Assembly: GCA_964016885.1 (NCBI GenBank)
Contig: OZ024740.1
Coordinates: forward strand, 251,534,001-251,598,000
Source of the DNA: Eledone cirrhosa
Taxonomy: Eukaryota
Length of the DNA: 64,000 bases
Direction of reading: 5' to 3'
The translations under genes were made by a program, and so were the position numbers. Positions 26,601-39,250 of this stretch are shown piece after piece. How positions within the stretch are numbered: the stretch's first letter is position 1; the number at the start of each line of letters is the position of its first letter. Below the pieces are notes generated by a model, which saw nothing but the letters and a program-made list of their open reading frames with translations, was not told where the DNA came from and did no database searches.

Positions 26601-29600
26601 CCCCTTGATTTTTTTTACAAATTATCTCCCCCTGATTTTTTTTACAAATATCCCAGTGATTTTTTTAAAAAAATTATCTCCCCTTCGCTGGCTGGAAATT
26701 ATCTCCCCTTGGACGCTGGAAATTATAGCCCCTTGGAGGGCTGGAAATTATCTTCCCTTGGACGGCTGGAAATTATCTCCCCTTGATTTTTTTTACAAAT
26801 TATCTCCCCCTGATTTTTTTTTACAAATTATCTCCCCCTGATTTTTTTTTACAACTTATCTCCGCCTGATTTTTTTAAAAAAATCATCTCCCCTTGGACG
26901 GCTGGAAATTATCTCCCCTGGGACGGCTGGAAATTATCTCTCCTTGGACGGCTAGAAATTACCTCTCCTTGGACAATTGAAAATTATCTCCCCTTGGACG
27001 GCTGGAAATTATCTCCCCTTGATTTTTTTTACAAATTATCTCCCCCTGATTTTTTTTACAAATTATCTCCCCTGATTTTTTTTTACAAATTATCTCCCCC
27101 TGATTTTTTTTTACAAATTATCTCCCCCTGATTTTTTTTACAAATTATCTCCCCCTGATTTTTTTACAAATTATCTCCCCTTGGCTGGCTGGAAATTATC
27201 TCCCCTTGGAGGCAGGAATTTATCTCCCCTTGGACGGCTAGAAATTACCTCTCCTTGGACGGCTGGAAAATATGGTTCCTTGGACGGCTGGAAATTATCT
27301 CCCCTTGGACGGCTGGAAATTATCTCCCCTTGGACGGCTGGAAATTATCTCCCCTTGGACGGCTAGAAATTACCTCTCCTTGGACAATTGAAAATTATCT
27401 CCCCTTGGACGGCTGGAAATTATCTCCCCTTGATTTTTTTTACAAATTATCTCCCCCTGATTTTTTTTTACAAATTATCTCCCCCTGATTTTTTTTACAA
27501 ATTATCTCCCCTGATTTTTTTTTACAAATTATCTCCCCCTGATTTTTTTTTACAAATTATCTCCCCCTGATTTTTTTTTTACAAATTATCTCCCCCTGAT
27601 TTTTTTACAAATTATCTCCCCCTGATTTTTTTTACAATCTCCGCCTGATTTTTTTAAAAATTATCTTCCCTTGGCTGGCGGGAAATTATCTCCCCTTGGA
27701 CGGCTGGAAATTATCTCCCCTTGGAAGGATGGAAATTATCTCCCCTTGGACGGCTGGAAATTATCTCCCCTTGCACGGCTGGAAATTATCTCCCCTTGGC
27801 TGGAAATTATCTCCCCTTGGACGGCTAGAAATTATCTCTCTTTGGATGGCTGGAAATTATCTCCCTTTGATTTTTTTTACAAATTATCTCCCTCTGATTT
27901 TTTTTACAAATCTCCCCCTGATTTTTTTTTACAAATTATCTCCCCCTGATTTTTTTTACAAACTATCTCCGCCTGATTTTTTTACAAATTATCTCCCCTT
28001 GGCTGGCTGGAAATTATCTCCCCTTGGAGGCTGGAATTTATCTCCCCTTGGACGGCTAGAAATTACCTCTCCTTGGACGGCTGGAAAATATGTCTCCTTG
28101 GACGGCTGGAAATTATCTCCCCTTGGACGGCTGGAAATTACCTCTCCTTGGACGGCTGAAAATTATCTCCCCTTGGACGGCTGGAAATTATCTCCCCTTG
28201 ATTTTTTTACAAATTATCTCCCCCTGATTTTTTTTTTACAAATTATCTCCCCCTGATTTTTTTTACAAATTATCTACGCCTGATTTTTTTAAATATTATC
28301 TCTCCTTGGCTGGCGGGAAATTATCTCCCCTTGGAAGGATGGAAATTATCTCCCCTTGGACGGCTGGAAATTATCTCCCCTTGCACTGCTGGAAATTATC
28401 TCCCCTTGGACGGCTGGAAATTATCTGCCCTTGATTTTGTTTTAACAAATTATCTTCCCCTGATTATTTTTACAAATTATCTCCACCTGATTTTTTAAAA
28501 AATTATCTCCCCTTGGACGGCTGGAAATTATCTCCCCTTGGCTGGAAATTATCTCCCCTTGGACGGCTAGAAATTATCTCTCTTTGGACGGCTGGAAATT
28601 ATCTCCCCTTGATTTTTTTTACAAATTATCTCCCCCTGATTTTTTTTACAAATTATCCCCCCATGATTTTTAAAAAAAAAATTATCTCCCCTTCGCTGGC
28701 TGGAAATTATCTCCCCTTGGACGCTGGAAATTATAGCCCCTTGGAGGGCTGGAAATTATCTTCCCTTGGACGGCTGGAAATTATCTCCCCTTGATTTTTT
28801 TTACAAATTATCTCCCCCTGATTTTTTTTTACAAATTATCTCCCCCTAATTTTTTTAAAAAAATTATCTCCCCTTGGACGGCTGGAAATTATCTCCCCTT
28901 GGACGGCTGGAAATTATCTCCCCTTGGACGGCTAGAAATTACCTCTCCTTGGACGGCTGAAAATTATTTCCCCTTGGACGGCTGCAAATTATCTCCCCTT
29001 GATTTTTTTTACAAATTATCTCCCCCTGATTTTTTTTTACAAATTATCTCCCACTGATTTTTTTTTACAAATTATCTCCCCCTGATTTTTTTTTTACAAA
29101 TTATCTCCGCCTGATTTTTTAAAAAAAATTATCTCCCCTTGGACGGCTGGAAATTATCTCCCCTTGGACGGCTGGAAATTATCTCCCCTTGGACGGCTAG
29201 AAATTACCTCTCCTTGGACGGCTGAAAATTATCTCCCCTTGGACGGCTGCAAATTATCTCCCCTTGATTTTTTTTACAAATTATCTCCCCCTGATTTTTT
29301 TTACAAATTATCTCCCCCTGATTTTTTTTACAAATTATCTCCCCCTGATTTTTTTTTACAAATTATCTCCCCCTGATTTTTTTTTACAAATTATCTCCCC
29401 CTGATTTTTTTTACAAATTATCTCCCCCTGATTTTTTTTACAAACTCCGCCTGATTTTTTTAAAAATTATCTTCCCTTGGCTGGCGGGAAATTATCTCCC
29501 CTTGGACGGCTGGAAATTATCTCCCCTTGGACGGCTAGAAATTATCTCTCTTTGGACGGCTGGAAATTATCTCCCCTTGATTTTTTTTACAAATTATCTC

Positions 29601-30180
29601 CCCCTGATTTTTTTTACAAATTATCCCCGCATGATTTTTAAAAAAAAAATTATCTCCCCTTCGCTGGCTGGAAATTATCTCCCCTTGGACGCTGGAAATT
29701 ATAGCCCCTTGGAGGGCTGGAAATTATCTTCCCTTGGACGGCTGGAAATTATCTCCCCTTGATTTTTTTTACAAATTATCTCCCCCTGATTTTTTTTTAC
29801 AAATTATCTCCCCCTGATTTTTTTTTACAAATTATCTCCCCCTGATTTTTTTTTTTACAAATTATCTCCGCCTGATTTTAAAAAAAAAATTATCTCCCCT
29901 TGGACGGCTGGAAATTATCTCCCCTTGGACGGCTGGAAATTATCTCCCCTTGGACGGCTAGAAATTACCTCTCCTTGGACGGCTGAAAATTATCTCCCAT
30001 TGGACGGCTGCAAATTATCTCCCCTTGATTTTTTTTACAAATTATCTCCCCCTGATTTTTTTTACAAATTATCTCCCCCTGATTTTTTTTACAAATTATC
30101 TCCCCCTGATTTTTTTTTACAAATTATCTCCCCCTGATTTTTTTTTACAAATTATCTCCCCCTGATTTTTTTTACAAATT
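14970..30180 (+). repeat. Near-tandem duplication with ~7.9-kb period (about 14.97-22.4 kb and 22.94-30.18 kb)
   Basis: ORF offsets 7,967 (15165/23132; 15866/23833; 17021/24988), 7,963, 7,726 and 7,805; shared rare variants CTCCACTTGG, CTCACCCTG, TTTTGCAAA and TATGGTTCC. Confidence 0.88.
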
Positions 30181-33100
30181 ATCTCCGCCTGATTTTTTTA
30201 AATATTATCTCTCCTTGGCTGGCGGGAAATTATCTCCCCTTGGAAGGATGGAAATTATCTCCCCTTGGACGGCTGGAAATTATCTCCCCTTGCACTGCTG
30301 GAAATTATCTCCCCTTGGACGGCTGGAAATTATCTGCCCTTGATTTTGTTTTTACAAATTATCTTCCCCTGATTATTTTTACAAATTATCTCCACCTGAT
30401 TTTTTAAAAAATTATCTCCCCTTGGACGGCTGGAAATTATCTCCCCTTGGCTGGAAATTATCTCCCCTTGGACGGCTAGAAATTATCTCTCTTTGGACGG
30501 CTGGAAATTATCTCCCCTTGATTTTTTTTACAAATTATCTCCCCCTGATTTTTTTTACAAATTATCCCCCCATGATTTAAAAAAAAAAAATTATCTCCCC
30601 TTCGCTGGCTGGAAATTATCTCCCCTTGGACGCTGGAAATTATAGCCCCTTGGAGGGCTGGAAATTATCTTCCCTTGGACGGCTGGAAATTATCTCCCCT
30701 TGATTTTTTTTACAAATTATCTCCCCCTGATTTTTTTTTACAAATTATCTCCCCCTGATTTTTTTTTTACAAATTATCTCCGCCTGATTTTTTTAAAAAA
30801 ATTATCTCCCCTTGGACGGCTGGAAATTATCTCCCCTTGGACGGCTGGAAATTATCTCCCGTTGGACGGCTAGAAATTACCTCTCCTTGGACGGCTGAAA
30901 ATTATCTCCCCTTGGACGGCTGCAAATTATCTCCCCTTGATTTTTTTTACAAATTATCCCCCCATGATTTTTAAAAAAAAAATTATCTCCCCTTCGCTGG
31001 CTGGAAATTATCTCCCCTTGGACGCTGGAAATTATAGCCCCTTGGAGGGCTGGAAATTATCTTCCCTTGGACGGCTGGAAATTATCTCCCCTTGATTTTT
31101 TTTACAAATTATCTCCCTCTGATTTTTTTTTACAAATTATCTCCCACTGATTTTTTTTTACAAATTATCTCCCCCTGATTTTTTTTTTACAAATTATCTC
31201 CGCGTGATTTTTTTAAAAAAATTATCTCCCCTTGGACGGCTGGAAATTATCTCCCCTTGGACGGCTGGAAATTATCTCGCCTTGGACGGCTAGAAATTAC
31301 CTCTCCTTGGACGGCTGAAAATTATCTCCCCTTGGACGGCTGCAAATTATCTCCTCTTGATTTTTTTTACAAATTATCTCCCCCTGATTTTTTTTACAAA
31401 TTATCTCCCCCTGATTTTCTTTACAAATTATCTCCCCCTGATTTTTTTTTACAAATTATCTCCCCCTGATTTTTTTTCCAAATTATCTCCCCCTGATTTT
31501 TTTTACAAATTATCTCCCCCTGATTTTTTTTACAAATTATCTCCCCCTGATTTTTTTTACAATCTCCGCCTGATTTTTTAAAAAATTATCTTCCCTTGGC
31601 TGGCGGGAAATTATCTCCCCTTGGACGGCTGGAAATTATCTCCCCTTGGACGGCTAGAAATTATCTCTCTTTGGACGGCTGGAAATTATCTCCCCTTGAT
31701 TTTTTTTACAAATTATCTCCCCCTGATTTTTTTTACAAATTATCCCCGCATGATTTTTAAAAAAAAAATTATCTCCCCTTCGCTGGCTGGAAATTATCTC
31801 CCCTTGGACGCTGGAAATTATAGCCCCTTGGAGGGCTGGAAATTATCTTCCCTTGGACGGCTGGAAATTATCTCCCCTTAATTTTTTTTACAAATTATCT
31901 CCCCCTGATTTTTTTTTACAAATTATCTCCCCCTGATTTTTTTTTACAAATTATCTCCCCCTGATTTTTTTTTTTACAAATTATCTCCGCCTGATTTTTA
32001 AAAAAAAATTATCTCCCCTTGGACGGCTGGAAATTATCTCCCCTTGGACGGCTGGAAATTATCTCCCCTTGGACGGCTAGAAATTACCTCTCCTTGGACG
32101 GCTGAAAATTATCTCCCCTTGGACGGCTGCAAATTATCTCCCCTTGATTTTTTTTACAAATTATCTCCCCCTGATTTTTTTTACAAATTATCTCCCCCTG
32201 ATTTTTTTTACAAATTATCTCCCCCTGATTTTTTTTTACAAATTATCTCCCCCTGATTTTTTTTTACAAATTATCTCCCCCTGATTTTTTTTACAAATTA
32301 TCTCCCCCTGATTTTTTTTACAAATTATCTCCCCCTGATTTTTTTTTACAAATTATCTCCCCTTGATTTTTTTTTACAAATTATCTGCCCCTGATTTTTT
32401 TTTTACAAATTATCTCCCCCTGATTTTTTTACAAATTATCTCCCCCTGATTTTTTTTACAAATTATCTCCCGCTGATTTTTTTTACAAATTATCTCCCCT
32501 TGATTTTTTTTTACAAATTATCTCCCCTTGATTTTTTTTTACAAATTATCTCCCCCTGATTTTTTTTTTACAAATTATCTCCCGCTGATTTTTTTAAAAA
32601 TTATCTTCCCTTGGCTGGCGGGAAATTATCTCCCCTTGGACGGCTGGAAATTATCTCCCCTTGGAAGGATGTAAATTATCTCCCCTTGGACGGCTGGAAA
32701 TTATCTCCCCTTGCACGGCTGGAAATTATCTCCCCTTGATTTTTTTTACAAATTATCTCCCCCTGATTTTTTTTTACAAATTATCTCCCCCTGATTTTTT
32801 TTTACAAATTATCTCCCCCTGATTTTTTTTACAAATTATCTCCCCCTGATTTTTAAAAAAAAAATTATCTCCCCTTCGCTGGCTGGAAATTATCTCCCCT
32901 TGGACGCTGGAAATTATAGCCCCTTGGAGGGCTGGAAATTATCTTCCCTTGGACGGCTGGAAATTATCTTCCCTTGGACGGCTGGAAATTATCTCCCCTT
33001 GATTTTTTTTACAAATTATCTCCCCCTGATTTTTTTTTACAAATTATCTCCCCCTGATTTTTTTTACAAATTATCTACCCCTGATTTTTTTTACAAATTA

Positions 33101-33899
33101 TCTCCCCCTGATTTTTTTTTACAAATTATCTCCCTCTGATTTTTTTTTACAAATTATCTCCCCCTGATTTTTTTTTTACAAATTATCTCCCCCTGATTTT
33201 TTTACAAATTATCTCCCCCTGATTTTTTTTACAATCTCCGCCTGATTTTTTAAAAAATTATCTTCCCTTGGCTGGCGGGAAATTATCTCCCCTTGGACGG
33301 CTGGAAATTATCTCCCCTTGGACGGCTAGAAATTATCTCTCTTTGGACGGCTGGAAATTATCTCCCCTTGATTTTTTTTACAAATTATCTCCCCCTGATT
33401 TTTTTTACAAATTATCCCCGCATGATTTAAAAAAAAAAAATTATCTCCCCTTCGCTGGCTGGAAATTATCTCCCCTTGGACGCTGGAAATTATAGCCCCT
33501 TGGAGGGCTGGAAATTATCTTCCCTTGGACGGCTGGAAATTATCTCCCCTTGATTTTTTTTACAAATTATCTCCCCCTGATTTTTTTTTACAAATTATCT
33601 CCCCCTGATTTTTTTTTACAAATTATCTCCCCCTGATTTTTTTTTTTACAAATTATCTCCGCCTGATTTTTAAAAAAAAATTATCTCCCCTTGGACGGGT
33701 GGAAATTATCTCCCCTTGGACGGCTGGAAATTATCTCCCCTTGGACGGCTAGAAATTACCTCTCCTTGGACGGCTGAAAATTATCTCCCCTTGGACGGCT
33801 GCAAATTATCTCCCCTTGATTTTTTTTACAAATTATCTCCCCCTGATTTTTTTTACAAATTATCTCCCCCTGATTTTTTTTACAAATTATCTCCCCCTG

Positions 33900-36800
33900 A
33901 TTTTTTTTTACAAATTATCTCCCCCTGATTTTTTTTTACAAATTATCTCCCCCTGATTTTTTTTACAAATTATCTCCCCCTGATTTTTTTTACAAATTAT
34001 CTCCCCCTGATTTTTTTTTACAAATTATCTCCCCTTGATTTTTTTTTACAAATTATCTCCCCCTGATTTTTTTTTTACAAATTATCTCCCCCTGATTTTT
34101 TTACAAATTATCTCCCCCTGATTTTTTTTACAAATTATCTCCCCCTGATTTTTTTTACAAATTATCTCCCCTTGATTTTTTTTTACAAATTATCTCCCCT
34201 TGATTTTTTTTTACAAATTATCTCCCCCTGATTTTTTTTTTACAAATTATCTCCCCCTGATTTTTTTAAAAATTATCTTCCCTTGGCTGGCGGGAAATTA
34301 TCTCCCCTTGGACGGCTGGAAATTATCTCCCCTTGGAAGGATGTAAATTATCTCCCCTTGGACGGCTGGAAATTATCTCCCCTTGCACGGCTGGAAATTA
34401 TCTCCCCTTGATTTTTTTTACAAATTATCTCCCCCTGATTTTTTTTTACAAATTATCTCCCCCTGATTTTTTTTTACAAATTATCTCCCCCTGATTTTTT
34501 TTACAAATTATCTCCCCCTGATTTTTAAAAAAAAAATTATCTCCCCTTCGCTGGCTGGAAATTATCTCCCCTTGGACGCTGGAAATTATAGCCCCTTGGA
34601 GGGCTGGAAATTATCTTCCCTTGGACGGCTGGAAATTATCTTCCCTTGGACGGCTGGAAATTATCTCCCCTTGATTTTTTTTACAAATTATCTCCCCCTG
34701 ATTTTTTTTTACAAATTATCTCCCCCTGATTTTTTTTACAAATTATCTACCCCTGATTTTTTTTACAAATTATCTCCCCCTGATTTTTTTTTACAAATTA
34801 TCTCCCTCTGATTTTTTTTTACAAATTATCTCCCCCTGATTTTTTTTTTACAAATTATCTCCCCCTGATTTTTTTCCAAATTATCTCCCCCTGATTTTTT
34901 TTACAATCTCCGCCTGATTTTTTAAAAAATTATCTCCCCTTCGCTGGCTGGAAATTATCTCCCCTTGGACGCTGGAAATTATAGCCCCTTGGAGGGCTGG
35001 AAATTATCTTCCCTTGGACGGCTGGAAATTATCTCCCCTTGATTTTTTTTACAAATTATCTCCCCCTGATTTTTTTTTACAAATTATCTCCCCCTGATTT
35101 TTTTTTACAAATTATCTCCCCCTGATTTTTTTTTTTACAAATTATCTCCGCCTGATTTTTAAAAAAAAATTATCTCCCCTTGGACGGCTGGAAATTATCT
35201 CCCCTTGGACGGCTAGAAATTACCTCTCCTTGGACGGCTGAAAATTATCTCCCCTTGGACGGCTGCAAATTATCTCCCCTTGATTTTTTTTACAAATTAT
35301 CTCCCCCTGATTTTTTTTACAAATTATCTCCCCCTGATTTTTTTTACAAATTATCTCCCCCTGATTTTTTTTTACAAATTATCTCCCCCTGATTTTTTTT
35401 TACAAATTATCTCCCCCTGATTTTTTTTACAAATTATCTCCCCCTGATTTTTTTTACAAATTATCTCCCCCTGATTTTTTTTTACAAATTATCTCCCCTT
35501 GATTTTTTTTTACAAATTATCTCCCCCTGATTTTTTTTTTACAAATTATCTCCCCCTGATTTTTTTACAAATTATCTCCCCCTGATTTTTTTTACAAATT
35601 ATCTCCCCCTGATTTTTTTTACAAATTATCTCCCCTTGATTTTTTTTTACAAATTATCTCCCCCTGATTTTTTTTTTACAAATTATCTCCCCCTGATTTT
35701 TTTAAAAATTATCTTCCCTTGGCTGGCGGGAAATTATCTCCCCTTGGACGGCTGGAAATTATCTCCCCTTGGAAGGATGTAAATTATCTCCCCTTGGACG
35801 GCTGGAAATTATCTCCCCTTGCACGGCTGGAAATTATCTCCCCTTGATTTTTTTTACAAATTATCTCCCCCTGATTTTTTTTTACAAATTATCTCCCCCT
35901 GATTTTTTTTTACAAATTATCTCCCCCTGATTTTTTTTACAAATTATCTCCCCCTGATTTAAAAAAAAAAAATTATCTCCCCTTCGCTGGCTGGAAATTA
36001 TCTCCCCTTGGACGCTGGAAATTATAGCCCCTTGGAGGGCTGGAAATTATCTTCCCTTGGACGGCTGGAAATTATCTTCCCTTGGACGGCTGGAAATTAT
36101 CTCCCCTTGATTTTTTTTACAAATTATCTCCCCCTGATTTTTTTTTACAAATTATCTCCCCCTGATTTTTTTTTACAAATTATCTCCCCCTGATTTTTTT
36201 TTTACAAATTATCTCCGCTTGATTTTTTAAAAAAAATTATCTCCCCTTGGACGGCTGGAAATTATCTCCCCTTGGACGGCTAGAAATTATCTCTCCTTGG
36301 ACGGCTGAAAATTATCTCCCCTTGGACGGCTGCAAATTATCTCCCCTTGATTTTTTTTACAAATTATCTCCCCCTGATTTTTTTTTACAAATTATCTCCC
36401 CCTGATTTTTTTTTACAAATTATCTCCCCTTGATTTTTTTTTACAAATTATCTCCCCCTGATTTTTTTTTTACAAATTATCTCCCCCTGATTTTTTTACA
36501 AATTATCTCCCCCTGATTTTTTTTACAAATTATCTCCCCCTGATTTTTTTTACAAATTATCTCCCCCTGATTTTTTTTTACAAATTATCTCCCCCTGATT
36601 TTTTTTTACAAATTATCTCCCCCTGATTTTTTTTACAAATTATCTCCCCCTGATTTTTTTTACAAATTATCTCCCCCTGATTTTTTTTTACAAATTATCT
36701 CCCCTTGATTTTTTTTTACAAATTATCTCCCCCTGATTTTTTTTTTACAAATTATCTCCCCCTGATTTTTTTACAAATTATCTCCCCCTGATTTTTTTTA

Positions 36801-39250
36801 CAAATTATCTCCCCCTGATTTTTTTTACAAATTATCTCCCCTTGATTTTTTTTTACAAATTATCTCCCCTTGATTTTTTTTTACAAATTATCTCCCCCTG
36901 ATTTTTTTTTTACAAATTATCTCCCCCTGATTTTTTTAAAAATTATCTTCCCTTGGCTGGCGGGAAATTATCTCCCCTTGGACGGCTGGAAATTATCTCC
37001 CCTTGGAAGGATGTAAATTATCTCCCCTTGGACGGCTGGAAATTATCTCCCCTTGCACGGCTGGAAATTATCTCCCCTTGATTTTTTTTACAAATTATCT
37101 CCCCCTGATTTTTTTTTACAAATTATCTCCCCCTGATTTTTTTTTACAAATTATCTCCCCCTGATTTTTTTTACAAATTATCTCCCCCTGATTTTTAAAA
37201 AAAAAATTATCTCCCCTTCGCTGGCTGGAAATTATCTCCCCTTGGACGCTGGAAATTATAGCCCCTTGGAGGGCTGGAAATTATCTTCCCTTGGACGGCT
37301 GGAAATTATCTTCCCTTGGACGGCTGGAAATTATCTCCCCTTGATTTTTTTTACAAATTATCTCCCCCTGATTTTTTTTTACAAATTATCTCCCCCTGAT
37401 TTTTTTTACAAATTATCTACCCCTGATTTTTTTTACAAATTATCTCCCCCTGATTTTTTTTTACAAATTATCTCCCTCTGATTTTTTTTTACAAATTATC
37501 TCCCCCTGATTTTTTTTTTACAAATTATCTCCCCCTGATTTTTTTCCAAATTATCTCCCCCTGATTTTTTTTACAATCTCCGCCTGATTTTTTAAAAAAT
37601 TATCTCCCCTTCGCTGGCTGGAAATTATCTCCCCTTGGACGCTGGAAATTATAGCCCCTTGGAGGGCTGGAAATTATCTTCCCTTGGACGGCTGGAAATT
37701 ATCTCCCCTTGATTTTTTTTACAAATTATCTCCCCCTGATTTTTTTTTACAAATTATCTCCCCCTGATTTTTTTTTACAAATTATCTCCCCCTGATTTTT
37801 TTTTTTACAAATTATCTCCGCCTGATTTTTAAAAAAAAATTATCTCCCCTTGGACGGCTGGAAATTATCTCCCCTTGGACGGCTGGAAATTATCTCCCCT
37901 TGGACGGCTAGAAATTACCTCTCCTTGGACGGCTGAAAATTATCTCCCCTTGGACGGCTGCAAATTATCTCCCCTTGATTTTTTTTACAAATTATCTCCC
38001 CCTGATTTTTTTTACAAATTATCTCCCCCTGATTTTTTTTACAAATTATCTCCCCCTGATTTTTTTTTACAAATTATCTCCCCCTGATTTTTTTTTACAA
38101 ATTATCTCCCCCTGATTTTTTTTACAAATTATCTCCCCCTGATTTTTTTTACAAATTATCTCCCCCTGATTTTTTTTTACAAATTATCTCCCCTTGATTT
38201 TTTTTTACAAATTATCTCCCCCTGATTTTTTTTTTACAAATTATCTCCCCCTGATTTTTTTACAAATTATCTCCCCCTGATTTTTTTTACAAATTATCTC
38301 CCCCTGATTTTTTTTACAAATTATCTCCCCTTGATTTTTTTTTACAAATTATCTCCCCCTGATTTTTTTTTTACAAATTATCTCCCCCTGATTTTTTTAA
38401 AAATTATCTTCCCTTGGCTGGCGGGAAATTATCTCCCCTTGGACGGCTGGAAATTATCTCCCCTTGGAAGGATGTAAATTATCTCCCCTTGGACGGCTGG
38501 AAATTATCTCCCCTTGCACGGCTGGAAATTATCTCCCCTTGATTTTTTTTACAAATTATCTCCCCCTGATTTTTTTTTACAAATTATCTCCCCCTGATTT
38601 TTTTTTACAAATTATCTCCCCCTGATTTTTTTTACAAATTATCTCCCCCTGATTTAAAAAAAAAAAATTATCTCCCCTTCGCTGGCTGGAAATTATCTCC
38701 CCTTGGACGCTGGAAATTATAGCCCCTTGGAGGGCTGGAAATTATCTTCCCTTGGACGGCTGGAAATTATCTTCCCTTGGACGGCTGGAAATTATCTCCC
38801 CTTGATTTTTTTTACAAATTATCTCCCCCTGATTTTTTTTTACAAATTATCTCCCCCTGATTTTTTTTTACAAATTATCTCCCCCTGATTTTTTTTTTAC
38901 AAATTATCTCCGCTTGATTTTTTAAAAAAAATTATCTCCCCTTGGACGGCTGGAAATTATCTCCCCTTGGACGGCTAGAAATTATCTCTCCTTGGACGGC
39001 TGAAAATTATCTCCCCTTGGACGGCTGCAAATTATCTCCCCTTGATTTTTTTTACAAATTATCTCCCCCTGATTTTTTTTTACAAATTATCTCCCCCTGA
39101 TTTTTTTTTACAAATTATCTCCCCTTGATTTTTTTTTACAAATTATCTCCCCCTGATTTTTTTTTTACAAATTATCTCCCCCTGATTTTTTTACAAATTA
39201 TCTCCCCCTGATTTTTTTTACAAATTATCTCCCCCTGATTTTTTTTACAA
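33900..39250 (+). repeat. Tandem ~2.7-kb duplication absent from the 2-10 kb sister block
   Basis: ORF offsets 2,670 (34572/37242) and 2,695 (35180/37875; 36008/38703); private variant TTTTTCCAAA at ~34.87k and ~37.54k; explains the offset jump from 30,010 to 32,705. Confidence 0.85.
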
